Of a stretch of 62,000 nucleotides of DNA, positions 1-12,820 are shown one piece after another. Under the pieces are notes generated by a model. It was not told where the DNA came from, ran no database searches, and worked only from the letters and a program-made list of their open reading frames with translations. A program made the position numbers and the translations under genes. Within the stretch, counting starts at the first letter, position 1. The number at the start of each line of letters is the position of its first letter. This DNA is from Octopus vulgaris (Eukaryota): the NCBI GenBank assembly GCA_951406725.2, contig OX597825.1, forward strand, positions 15,024,001 through 15,086,000, read 5' to 3'.

Positions 1-142
1 TTTTATGGAAACATCGATTTAATGAACTAAATGAGCTAATGCACAGCACGCATTTAATCACTACGAACAAATGAAATATCTATGCTATTGAACAACCTAC
101 TAAGATATATATGTGAGTATGTGTGTATGTGTGTGTATGCAG

Positions 143-189
<47 letters not shown>

Positions 190-806
190 CATATGTGTGT
201 GTCTGTGTGTCGATATATATATATATATATATATATGGTGGAATATTTCATTCGGGAGGGGCGTACTGCCCCGATGATTTTAGCCTGGTCTCTGAGTATA
301 TAATGATCAATACGTGATGAAGTTTTAAAATAGAAACAGTTCTCTACTTCAACATGCTTTGACATGATTTGTTCATTTGTTTTTTGAGATGGAGAACATG
401 ACACAGAGAGTCTGTAACTGCTTCATTGCTTGTAGAAATGTCATCAATTAATAAAATACATTTGCAACTCTGTATTAAACCATTGCAATGGAAAAGACTG
501 ACTTCCATTGGCCTATACGTCCAACGTTTATCAAAGAATTAAATTATGTAACCACGTATATATCTGTGTAGATATGTGTATTCGTCTGCGCATGTGTGGG
601 AGTTGGTTAGTGATTGTGTTCATGTATATATGCATGTACATATGTATGTATATATGTATTAGGGCATCCCATAAATAATGCGGTTTTCTTATACTTTTAT
701 TTTTCAAAATTAAGATACCCAAATTTCTTTTTTAATCTAAAATATACTATGCTTCATTTTGTACAATGATCTTCCATATATCTGGTAGACTTGCAAGACC
801 CCTCTT

Positions 807-1142
807 CTAAAATTCACTTGTCCCTGACGATAAATACTCCTCCTTTACTGTTCTGACCTCGTATACAGAATTCATATTTTTTCCATCCAAATGATTTTGA
901 AAACTGTAGAATGAATGATAATCAGATGGGGCAATGTCTGGCGAATATGGTGGGAGGGGAATAATTTCCAGATCACACTGCTTCAGCCGTTCAAATTCCA
1001 TCCTCACTGTATGTGGCCGAGCATTATCCTGATGGAAGACAATATTCCGTGTTGAAAACCAAGATGGTTGTTTTTCTTCTAGCGCTGACTTAAGCCGCTC
1101 AAGCTGCTCGCAGTAGATCTCCTTTGTTATTGCTTGGTTCAA
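807..1142 (-). pseudogene. Mariner transposase C-terminal fragment (D,D34D)
   Basis: FHQDNARPHT...PPYSPDIAPSDYHSF, with 34 residues between the 2nd and 3rd catalytic Asp; the N-terminal part is missing. Confidence 0.9.
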
Positions 1143-1194
1143 CTTTTCCTATCCCACCAAACACATAAGAACATCTTACGTGGATGAAGACCTT

Positions 1195-1362
1195 ATTTAG
1201 CCTGAGATGCCAGTGTTTCTCCCTTCCTTTCCTTTCCGGCTTCGAAATTCTCACAGGGATTTAGTCGGCCCGAAACCATAGTAGGATACACTTCTCCAAG
1301 ATGCCCTGCAATGGGACTGAATCCGGAACCATGTGATGGAAGCAAACCACACAGCCACACAA
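1195..1362 (-). mobile_element. tRNA-derived SINE, family E
   Basis: The reverse complement gives a GTGGCTGTGTGGT...GGTTCCGGATTCAGTCCC A/B-box head; a related copy lies at 55590-55740. Confidence 0.7.
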
Positions 1363-3050
1363 CTTACACAGTTTATTGCATTGAATCGTCAAGATATGTG
1401 TGCATGCAACCGATGTACCCACTTGGACATCTCCTGATGTTTCTAATAAAGTTTTCAGTCCCAATAAACTCTGCGGCATTATCCATAACTCTTACATTTT
1501 TCTCAATGTTTAAAATTGTAAAATTAATTTATGGACACCCTATTTAGAAAAAAAACAATCTGTTATATACGTATCTCAAAACTGCTGTCTTTCTGTGCCC
1601 TCATACTCGTCTTTAATACCAATATTCTTTATTAACATTAATACTTTTGGAAATTATATATTTGTACTGGTTATTCTTGTCCCTTTTCCAGTTTGTGGTA
1701 CTGTAAGTGTCCGTTTTCTTCTATTTCTTTTATTTGACATGGTAAATTTAATTTGAGGGAATGCTTGTCAGCAGGTGAAAAGATATTAATAGTTTTGCAA
1801 TTTTTTTTTTTCCTTTTGTTTTACTTTCGATTAAGATGTTTCTCTGGCATTTCTAAATATAAATTCTTTCAAACTTTTCAGAAATGCTTTCAAAACACCA
1901 AATGCAAATGAATTAACGATTGTTTCCCTCGTCATATTATAAACATCCATTTCGATATATTTTCTTTATTAATAACCCCTAGCTCATTTCTAATTCATGC
2001 CGTTTTGACTTAACCTGTTACGTACGCCATATGAGAGAAAGCAAATATTAAAATTCGTTTCTAAATGGATACAACTGAATATAAATAGAATTATACCTTG
2101 TTTCCGAGCAATAGTTCCTTGCAGAATAATGAATAAATCAATTTCGACAAGATTTTTTTTTCTGAATTACACTTGAAGTGAACTTCGCGTAAAATAAATT
2201 TCAAAAATTTCATTAGCTGCATTTTTTGGATGAGAGAACTTTACCAGTTTATATTTCATTCTGACACACACTTTATATTTCATTTTCTTAAACAAAAACT
2301 ATGTTGTACTATCATCGGCCGGTTTTCGATTCATTTTTATTTAAATGATACACGGATTTAATCTGCTATTAATATTTTCAATTCACGGTTCTTAATTATT
2401 TTTAGGGAAGTACATTTTCCCTAGCGCCATTGGCCAGCACTATGTGATACACAAAAAGGAATCCGACCGAAAAAAGGGGGTCAAGATGCTATAATTATCC
2501 CATATTTCTCCTTCAAACTGCATCTTATTTTAGATTCTTGTTTTATTATTTTTTTTACATTGTTCAATGTAATTAAATGCGATGGGTCAGTTCAAAACGA
2601 CTTTGATTGCTTACTTGATCGATCGCTCCAGAATTGGTAATCGAAAACAGCAACAACAATCAAAAGACCAACAACAACTGTAGCGTGCATATTGGTTTTA
2701 GTCACAAATGTCACTCATCTTGTTGTCTACATCTGTATCGTAAATTCTGCTACTTGTTATCCACGCTCGCACACACAGGCAGATGCTATAGCATTGTCTC
2801 CGCGTAACAGAGGTTATCAGGACGGCCATATAATCGCTTTCACATAAAAATAAACAATAATCCCTACATTACATTACGTTATGCCAAACCTGAATAAGAT
2901 AACATTATACACGTATGAATACAATATATTAGAACAATGTTCAAATTCAAAATTTCTTCAACTTTCGGCAGTGCTCCATATGTAGTGTACAGTATCCCTA
3001 ATTAAAATAATACGATATCGTTTAGTTTATATCACTGCACATGTACATGT

Positions 3051-3395
3051 GAAGGCGCGTGGCTCAGTGGTTAGAGGGTCGATCTTACGATCGTGAGGTT
3101 CTGAGTTCGAATCCCGGACCGGGCTGCGTGTTGTCTTCTTGAGCAAGACGCTTTATTTCACGTTCCTGCAGTTGACTCAGCTGCAGAAATGAGTTGCGAC
3201 GTCACAGGTGCCAAGATGTATCGGCCCTTGTCTTTCCCTTGCATAACACTGGTGACGTGGAGAGGGGAGGCCAGTATGCAGAGCGACTGCTGGTCTTCCA
3301 TAAAAAAAAAACAACCTTGCCCAGACTTGTGCCTCAGAGGGTAACTCTCTTGGTGCAAGCCCATGGTCAGTGTCTGACCGAATGGAGTCACAATA
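3051..3395 (+). mobile_element. Full-length tRNA-derived SINE, family A, with 12-bp TSD
   Basis: Head GGCGCGTGGCTCAGTGGTTAGAG...GAGTTCGAATCCC, then a CTTGAGCAAGACGCTTTATTTCAC core; ACATGTACATGT flanks it at 3039-3050 and 3396-3407. Related copies at 48133 and 55156. Confidence 0.9.
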
Positions 3396-4100
3396 ACATG
3401 TACATGTATCTGAATTGTGTTGGTATATGTACCTCTTATTGATCAGATCTTTCGGCATATAAATGAGATTTATATTTCACTGGCGCGTCTCCAATACGAA
3501 AAATACACACTGTTCCAATGGCCCTTAAAACGGGAAAAGGATTGCTGATATTTCTTTCATTTGTATATCGACACATTGTAGCAATCAAATATATATTATA
3601 TAAACCACAGTGGACACACATCTATTCTATTCAATATCTACTTGAGAATTCGAATCAGAGTAAATTAACTATTATAGAAACGTTTCCCAGTCGTCATTGT
3701 AAAAACGTGAATACAGTTGAAATCAACTAGATATAGATTTTTTCTTCTTTACAAACTGATTAAATCATCTCATAATTCAATCTTTCAGTATCTGAAAGAA
3801 TATTTTATTTGGTAAATTAAGTGAAAGAAAGACATTTATTATCGAAAATTCATTGAGAAAAATTGTATTGAATATAAAATTGTATTTGATATGTTCGTAT
3901 GAATATCATGTGACACTGAAATGGAGAACATATGTAGAACAATATATAAATATACACCTAGTCAACAATAATAAATAACATATTTAGAGAGAGTCTAGGT
4001 CATGAGTGTGAGTTCAACGGTTCAATTATTCTTATTCAAAGCACCTATATACATACATATATTGTAAATCTTTTCATATATATGCATACATATGTGATAT

Positions 4101-4439
4101 ATATATAAAGGAAATGAAGAAAATGCTGACAAAATAATTTAAGTAAGGGAGAGTCTATTTAATTAGGTGAAAGTTCTTTTTACCGGTTGCGCATTTGTTA
4201 TGCTTATCAAAAGATATTTTTTTAAGAGAGATAGAGTTCCTTTCTGATAGATTTTTTTTCTCTTATAAGAGATAAGAGAAAAAAATCTATCAGAAAGGAA
4301 CACTATCTCTCTTAAAAAATATCTTTTGATAAGCATAACAAATGCGCAACCGGTAAAAAGAACTTTCACCTAATTAAATGGACTCTCCCTTACTTAAATT
4401 ATTTTGTCAGCATTCTCTTCATTTCCTTTTTTTATATAT
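4101..4439. repeat. Near-perfect long palindrome (~165-bp arms) flanked by TA dinucleotides
   Basis: The left arm is the reverse complement of the right arm with only a few mismatches; centre TCTCTTA|TAAGAGA|TAAGAGA. Confidence 0.95.
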
Positions 4440-4535
4440 CACAACTCGTGTTCTACATCTCCTTTTTTAAATATATATATATATATATATATATATTGAT
4501 ATAGATATATACACATATGTATATGTATGCATACA

Positions 4536-4596
<61 letters not shown>

Positions 4597-4604
4597 CTAT
4601 GTAT

Positions 4605-4676
<72 letters not shown>

Positions 4677-4678
<2 letters not shown>

Positions 4679-4920
4679 TTGGTGTTATGCAAAAGTGTCG
4701 AAAGTCGAAGGCGTTGCTTGTTCAGAAAACGAAAAAATAGTTTCACCATTCCATGACAAAACCGTTGTACTATACTTTGATAATTTTTCATATTTTGGCA
4801 TCTGAAACAGCTGGAGATACGATAGTTTGACCAAAAGAACCGGCTATTGCGAGCAAAATTAAATAATAATACAAAAACGCACTTGGCCAGGTTTGGACAT
4901 ACGACAGTTTTACGTAACAG

Positions 4921-4925
<5 letters not shown>
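4677..4925. mobile_element. MITE-like element inserted in a (TA)n array
   Basis: 24-bp imperfect TIRs (CGTTGGTGTTATGCAAAAGTGTCG vs reverse complement CGATGCTGTTACGTAAAACTGTCG, 19/24 identical), with (TA)n on both sides. Confidence 0.7.
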
Positions 4926-4961
<36 letters not shown>

Positions 4962-5844
4962 ATCAATCTCCCTCTAAGTATTGATAGAGAGATAAATAGA
5001 TGCACGTATGTATGTATTTAGCTATGAATGGATGTATGTTATGTATGAATGTGCGTGTATGTATGTGCGTGTGTGTCTGTGTGATTTGCATCGAGTCAAT
5101 ATATAAGCACATACATTCTAAGAACTTGACGTACTGATTGCGAAAGGCACTAAAATAGGTATATGATATAGATTAAAAACCTGATAAAACATCCTTGAAG
5201 AGTAACCTAAGGGACTATCCATCATAGACAGCAGAAGAATTCTACATGACTTTCTGGTCATGTTTATGAACAAGAGTAAAAAGTTGAAGAAAACCTGGGA
5301 AGTGTAGGGACTTTTTACAGTAACAGTGCTCACAAAAATCAAATATTATAGAGCATCTGGTTTGCAAGGCTATTCACATTCATTCAGGATATTATTCCAT
5401 TCTCTTATCCTACACTTGGAATTGAGATGAAGTAAAAAAGAAAAAAAAGAAACGTTAAAAAGCTATGTCTGAAATATTCTGTGTTCCTGTAGCGATCGCA
5501 ATTTACTTTATTAATAGTTAATTTCCCCCCAACGAGCACCTGTGCAGAGAAGTAAGGTGCCTGTTTTTCGAAAAACCTTTTTTTAAGCATTTTCTCTCGT
5601 GTTTATCTTGCACATAAATATCCATATTTAATAAGTTGTGTAGTTCTAATTGAAGGATATATCCGGCATGTTTATTATTTCCTCTAAAAAAGAAAATGAG
5701 CGAAAACGATATTGCTACGTGTATATGTTTGTGCATACGTATGTACGCGAGAGGTTGTATAGATATATAAATATTTATGACCATATGTACATGCATAAAT
5801 GTATCCAAGTATGTATATTTATGTGTGTGTATGTATATATATAT

Positions 5845-5891
<47 letters not shown>

Positions 5892-7219
5892 TATACGTAT
5901 ATGTATATGTATAATATGTGATATATCGATTTTTGCCACGTTTAACTCACACCGTATGTATAAGAAGATATAAGCGACTTGTGTTTATTTATGATATCTT
6001 CGAGAACAGAAAAATAACAGAAGCCTAAATAGTTTTCATAGAATTTTGTCTTGGCATCAATGAAAGTGTTACCCCTTTAACTGTCCATAACTCTTCTTTC
6101 CATACATAAAGCTTTGCTAAATACAAGAATATTTACAATGAAACAAAATGAAACAAAAGACATTAGATTCTAAGATGTATGCATTTTCGGTGCAAATTGG
6201 ACAAGCTTCTTTATCAAGTTCTCCAAAAGAACGTATTTTATAAGCAGTATTTCTGAGGCGCGGAGCTGACATTCATAATCGATCTCTAGGTAAGTCCCAA
6301 GAGGCGATCCAAATTAGTCATCTTTTCCTCTGATTTCACCCTCCACCCAGTCAGGTATAATATAAATCGCTTTCCGTGTCTATATTTAGTGTATTTGTTA
6401 CAAGACAACGTTAATCAAAATAACGATAAAACCACATTTATATGTGTATTTGCATGTATGTGTGCTTATGTGTTTGTGTGCGTGTGTACAGAATTTGTTT
6501 ATTTTAGGACTTTTGTTATTCCACAATGTCACGTAACTATTATATGATATTATCAGATACCAAACTAATGAGAAGAAACAGAAAAGAATTCCGTGATTGC
6601 GGAATAATGAAGACGCGCATGGAAAACTTTGAAAAATCAATCTAAGAAACTAAAGTTTACTGTAACACCTCTGATATAACACGGAGACACAGTAAAGTAA
6701 TAGAAAATAAGGAAATATGATTTGGTGCATTAAAGGTCATATCTAAACTTGGCACTCACGCAAGAGATTATCCAGCAAATCGACTTCAAATTAAGCAATA
6801 AAAAATAGAAAAGCAGATGATTTAGTTGGAGAAGCATGTGTTACTTCCCAAGGGTTGGATTAAAATATCTGAAGAAGCATTCTGTTATTCACATCGTTCG
6901 TGTAACACGGGAAAGACTTGAGTGCTGGTATATAGAGTCAACAGAAAATTTCCGTTGCAGCATTAGATGTAATAAAGAGACGAGTTACAAACTTAATTCT
7001 TTTGTGTCAGGGGAGAATCATGTTGTGTTTGTCCATGTCCGTGTTTGTGTATGTGTAAAAATAAGAAATAAGTGGAAATTTTATTTACCGGTGAGTGTGT
7101 TACATTATAAGGCACAAATGGAAAATGACTCTCTCCAGACACAACAGAATATGCTTCAACACACGAACTCATATAAATAATCTTACAAACCAAATCGAAA
7201 AACGAAATACAAACTTAAT

Positions 7220-7560
7220 GTTTATGTATTAGTTTAGCAAGTTTCTTCGCATGTAAGTCGAATAAGTGGATCAGTTCCTCTATATCAACACTATGACATT
7301 CCACGTAGACCACGCTGATCATTTCCACGCATATCTCCATAGCAAAACCAACGTTGATGGATGGGTATAGAGATGATGAATATATGCTATTATGCAGGCC
7401 TTCACCTTCACGTTGCAGGTGCAGATGCATTCATTAATTCTACATAGGGCGTCCTCCGTGCTGTCAACAGACATCCAGGAACATCCTGATTATGAGGCGA
7501 AGTATTATAGAGAGGAGTTACAAACCGAACTGGAACATGGTGGCTCGAGAGATTGTAAGT
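7220..7560 (-). pseudogene. Penelope-like (PLE) reverse transcriptase fragment, frameshifted
   Basis: Manual translation across frameshifts gives DSTEDALCRINEC...KACII...SLYPSINVGFAMEICVEMI...VDIEEL, resembling the STE(D/E)LL...D-x-x-SLYPSI region of PLE RTs as I recall them. Confidence 0.55.
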
Positions 7561-8016
7561 CTGTAAATCACGGCACAAAAATCAGACCGACTAAGGAGGC
7601 CACGCATATGACAGAATGTAAACCGAAATACCACAGAAAACCCGAATTGAATAGCAACACTGCTACCCGTCAACCTAACGCCTGAAGACAGAACAGTACA
7701 CAGAAGAGACAAGGGGACACACACAGATACAAACGGTACAATATACAAACCGTCACACATGCACACGAGACACAGAGACATATGCGAGACATATAGACAA
7801 GCACACACATACTCAGAGTCACAGATGCGGACGATTGTGCAGGCAATCATATGCACCATAGAAAGGTATCATGGAGTAAACACTGAGGCCAGAAAGAAGG
7901 GGAGGTAGTGTGAAGAAAATAGAATGGTTATTGTGGACATCAAATGATGCAACGTAAGAGCTTTTACGAAGCTACCGATAACTAGTAATTCAAAGGAGCT
8001 ATTAAATACGGTATTG

Positions 8017-8061
<45 letters not shown>

Positions 8062-8064
<3 letters not shown>

Positions 8065-8307
8065 ATAATGAGGGAGATAAGTTGAATATTAATTTAATTA
8101 ATATCAATTTAAAACCAGTAGCCTAACATACAACAATCTGTAAAATCAGAGAAAATTCTAATACATGTGTATATTTAAAGGGCTAAAAAGCCACTAGGAG
8201 GTCAGCCGTATGCTAGAAGTAGATCACCTACGTAGGTGATCGTAGGTGATCTACTTCTAGCATACGGCTGACCACCTAGGTTTGTTTTTAGCCCTTTAAA
8301 TATACAC

Positions 8308-8313
<6 letters not shown>
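8062..8313. mobile_element. (TA)n-embedded short element containing a palindrome with ~70-bp arms (8161-8313)
   Basis: ATACATGTGTATATTTAAAGGGCTAAAAA...GCCGTATGCTAGAAGTAGATCACCTAC followed by its reverse complement; TA arrays on both sides. Confidence 0.85.
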
Positions 8314-8369
<56 letters not shown>

Positions 8370-9911
8370 TGTAGACGTGACGGCGATGGCTAGAATGGTT
8401 GTGGTGAGTATTGACTTAAGATAATACCTATAACGAAACATTTACTCTTCACCAACAGAATTTTTGGTGTGATTGTATGTATAGTATGTATGTCAGATAG
8501 TATGTTCACATACTAGTATGGTGTGATAGAGTATGTATGATAGTATGTATCCACTGAGTAATGACATCTATAAACACTGAATTTCTTCTCGGGAACCACA
8601 TATTCATTTAGTACAGATTTTAGGTCAACATTTTATGACGTGGTGTTTAAAGTACAAGTTTAATCACATTCATTCTCGTAGAGCGCAAAAAGGTTCGTTA
8701 GTGTAATGCACATGATTCTTAGTATTAAAACTTTTCTCCATTGAGCGGGAGAGAAGAGTCGTAAATCATTGTCAATATTAAAATTTTTAATGTAGCATAT
8801 GTTTAGTCCCACTTCTTTTTCTTTATTCGTATTTCTACGAAAGTACGTGTAATGAACGAAATGATACTTTCTGTATGAATGAGTGCAAAAATCTAATTGC
8901 ACCATTTATTTAGTTTCTCTTGATTTATTAGCATTTTTGTTAAACCATACCGGTACTGAACGAAGGAATACTTAGTAGACTGTGTTGGACTGTGTTTTCT
9001 GTTCGGAAGTGAGTCCGTGCCTATTCAGTAGAAAATCATGTTTAACTAGAATTTATATCATGTTCAGCCTTAATTGAAGTTTATTAAGTTTTCCTATATG
9101 TTTCAAACAAAATTAAACTTCAGTCATTCTAGCATCAATTTATCGTCGCTAAGCCTCGAAATAATAGATATTTATAGCGTTCAGAGATATTATACTGATC
9201 AGATCAATCAACGGTCTCTATTATTGAAGATAAGATTCAGTCAAATTCTAAATCTGTTTCATGTTTGAAACAGCACAGTCACGCAATTGAATACTTATAA
9301 GATCAATATGTTTCCCTATCGACCGCATTCTCCACATTGCCAACGCCAGCAATGTTATCAACGAAAGCAGACAAAATAAGACAAACGCTACCAACGAATC
9401 TCTTCATACGTATTGCCATTATAATTCATTTGCTTTTATCCATTCTTTATTTATATAGAATTTTTCCCATGAAGAAAGGTTGAAGATTAAATGTGGAATG
9501 GAAATTATATGAAAATGAGTTTTTAAAAACCTTCCACACACATATATTTTGTACCTGGACGTATGCACACGCACAAACACACACACAAACGCACACACTC
9601 AAACATACATACATACAGGCATATATACACTCATACATAAACACACAAACATATATATACATAAGTACTTATATATGTATAACGTATTTATATATAATAT
9701 ATTATGTAAATGTATATATATATATTGGTGTGTCTGTGTGTTTATTTATAAGTGTGGGCGCGTATGTGTACTTAAATGTATGCATAATTGTTTGCGGGTA
9801 TATATTTTTATCTTTATGTATCTAGTTCTTACCCGTTGTTACAACTATTCAAGTAAATAGCTCATCACGAAATCTACGGATGCGAGTGCGCGTGTATGCG
9901 TGTGCATCTAC

Positions 9912-9958
<47 letters not shown>

Positions 9959-10436
9959 ACAAAAAAGGGGATTGGAAATGGTCGGTAGTATTACACGTGT
10001 CGCATTTGTTAATAGCAATTGCAAAGCTTTTATATGTTAGACAGATATTTTAGGAATGTCCTATCGGAAATTCGTTAGACAAAGAAATTAAGTGATTATC
10101 AAAATTTTCTGTCTGAGGACGACTAAAAGGAAATTCATTAAATGTCGGTCTAGGAATGTAAAACTTTGTAACTCATATTAGCAAATGAAACATATGTAAT
10201 GATGAATAAATAGGAACAGAACATTTCCCAACGTCCTGTTTTTTTTTATACAATGACTCTGCAAATAATACTTCCATAATTCTCAATTTCAGTTTGTATT
10301 TTGCACTAACACCCAGAAGCGACTGAGGCTAAATATTCGATTCTAATATTGAAATGAACGCAGGAGCTTCAATACAGTTGCGATTTAATCTACCTACCTA
10401 ATATACATATATATATTTACATTCACACACACGCGC

Positions 10437-10710
10437 GCGTAAGATCAAGATTTCGATTCTCGGCGACATGTTGTGTCCTTCAGCGAGGCCTATTATTTCT
10501 CGTTGCTCAATCCCACTCAGCTGGTAAATTAGAGTTGTACGTGTAATTCAAAGGGTCAGACTTGCCGCATTCAGTGTGTAACATTGAACCTCCCTTCGAA
10601 CTATGTTAAACCTACACGTACCACTGGAATGCTTAGCCACTTGCACGTTGATTACTTGAGCGAGCCGTTCCGCTGGAACACTTGCCGTCGTAATCGACGG
10701 AGAGCTAGGT
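10437..10710 (+). mobile_element. Old, 5'-eroded SINE with a family-A-like core
   Basis: B-box remnant GATTTCGATTCTCGG followed by TTGTGTCCTTCAGCGAGG...CCCACTCAGCTGGTAAAT, similar to the family A core. Confidence 0.5.
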
Positions 10711-10758
10711 CAGTATGGTCAGTATACGCGCACACTCACATATGTATATATATATGTA

Positions 10759-10821
<63 letters not shown>

Positions 10822-10831
10822 ACACACACAT

Positions 10832-10869
<38 letters not shown>

Positions 10870-10874
<5 letters not shown>

Positions 10875-11115
10875 ATATAATATGTGACAATTATACGGTT
10901 GCTATAATAAGGCTCGAAGTTTCGGATGTCAGGGCGGAAACCTGCTCCAGCATCTTTTCAGTTATCGAGGCAATCAAAATATGCTATGAAAATGACCGTT
11001 AAACAAAAGGAAATTACTATGTAATTGACCGTTATTAAGACTATAAAGCTATTAGAATGAGCGTTCAATAACGGGAGGAAGTAAAAGTTAAGGGAGTAAA
11101 AATGCTCATAGCAAT
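10870..11115 (-). mobile_element. (TA)n-anchored dispersed repeat H1, copy 1 (degenerate hammerhead-like core)
   Basis: Colinear with 57065-57300 (shared ATATGTGACAATTAT, TTTCGGATG, TTCAGTTATC, AATGACCGTTA, ACCGTTATTAAGA). Confidence 0.8.
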
Positions 11116-11412
11116 CGCGTATATGCATTATAATGTTTTACGTATCTAAGTTGTAGTATATACTAAAGTTTCTAGTTTCTTCCATTAGTTTGAAGCTTTA
11201 TTCGCTTCAAGTATTGCAAATGTGCACATAATTAGATGCTTCGTAACAAGGATAAAAATTAGAATACAGATGTATACCGATGAGATGCGCTACACTTATA
11301 TTTCTGTTACATTTTTGAAGAAAATATCTTGGAAACAATATATAAATCATTAGTTTTGAGGGTTTGTCGGCAAGAAATTAAGGATATTTAATATAATTAT
11401 TTTTTATATATT

Positions 11413-11716
11413 TATGCGCCCTTTTCAAACCTAGCCAGTCTCACGGGCCCGGTTTCCCGGTTTCTATGGCGTATGCGTTGCCCCCAGGTGGACAGGACGC
11501 CAGTCCATCGTAGCGTCACTCAAGAAACAGAAAAAGAGTGGGAGAAAGTTTGGGCGAAAGAGTACAGCAGGGGTCGCCACCACCCTCTGCCGGAGCCTGG
11601 TAGAGCTTTAGGTGGTTCCGCTCAATAAACACACACAACGCCCGGTCTGGGAATCGAAACCGCGATCCTCCGACCATGAGTTCGCTGCCCTAACCACTGG
11701 CCCATTGCGCCTCCAC
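11413..11716 (-). mobile_element. tRNA-derived SINE, family C
   Basis: The reverse complement starts GGAGGCGCAATGGGCCAGTGGTTAGGGCAGCG...GGTTTCGATTCCCAG; colinear with 48740-49048. Confidence 0.9.
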
Positions 11717-12479
11717 ACCTAATATAATGAAGGATATAAATATTTTCATAGAGAATATTTTAGAAATGATGCCTGCATGCAATGAACTAAGGGTTTTCTT
11801 CAATTAGGTTCTGATATCTCTAATATTGATTTGGTTATTTTGATATCGTTTAAAATAGAGTGAAGATCATCCTACTGTATGTTAGACCTCAGGGAATTTT
11901 CTCCAATTTGTGAGAGGGAGGAGAAATCAGGTACACAAATATCGATAAATTATAAAGAAAGGAAACAAGAAAGAATTAATGAAATAAAGAAAATATGTAT
12001 TGGATGGCGCATTTGTTTCATCGATGCCAAAAGTGTGATATACAAAACTGAACTTCACACGAATTGAACTTAGTGCCATGAGGCTATACGAAAGTTATAC
12101 CAAAACTGGCAACACTGCCAAGTTTGCGGAATAAGACAGTGTGCATAACCCAGAAATTAGAAAAAAGACAAAAACCACAATAAAAGCTAGCAAAGATCAT
12201 TCCGAATAGTTCAGAATGCTAAGTGATTATCGCATATTTCCTGTGCATAAATTTGTTATCGTGTTGGTTAAGTTTTCATTATACAGCATTTTTAAACAGT
12301 TTTGTTTCAGGCACGTGTTGTGAGATGCCGAGATGCCTTTTTCCTATAATGCTTAATGTGTGTATTTTAGCCACACAAAGAATGATACTGTATGAGTGCA
12401 TTAAAAAACATTCACACAATATATTTTATAATTTAGATATACGCCGTGTGTGCATGATGTGAATGCATAAATTTAAATG

Positions 12480-12566
<87 letters not shown>

Positions 12567-12687
12567 CATATATATATATATATGCATATATATATATATA
12601 TATATCATTTTATATATATATAATGGTCCTTTTACATACTGAACACTTGGTGAAATTGATTAATTAATTAATTTTACCCTCAATTGT

Positions 12688-12820
<133 letters not shown>

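Larger units (their letters stand above)
659..1544 (-). mobile_element. Decayed, internally deleted mariner element with a nested SINE
   Basis: TA-flanked imperfect TIRs (TTAGGGCATCCCATAAAT at 659; reverse complement of the 1544 end AATAGGGTGTCCATAAAT) enclose a transposase fragment. Confidence 0.55.

Noticed and set aside
3051-3125. tRNA-like sequences here and at 11640, 48133, 48740, 50633 and 59866
   Set aside because: They have A/B boxes but no complete cloverleaf, and they continue into shared SINE bodies.
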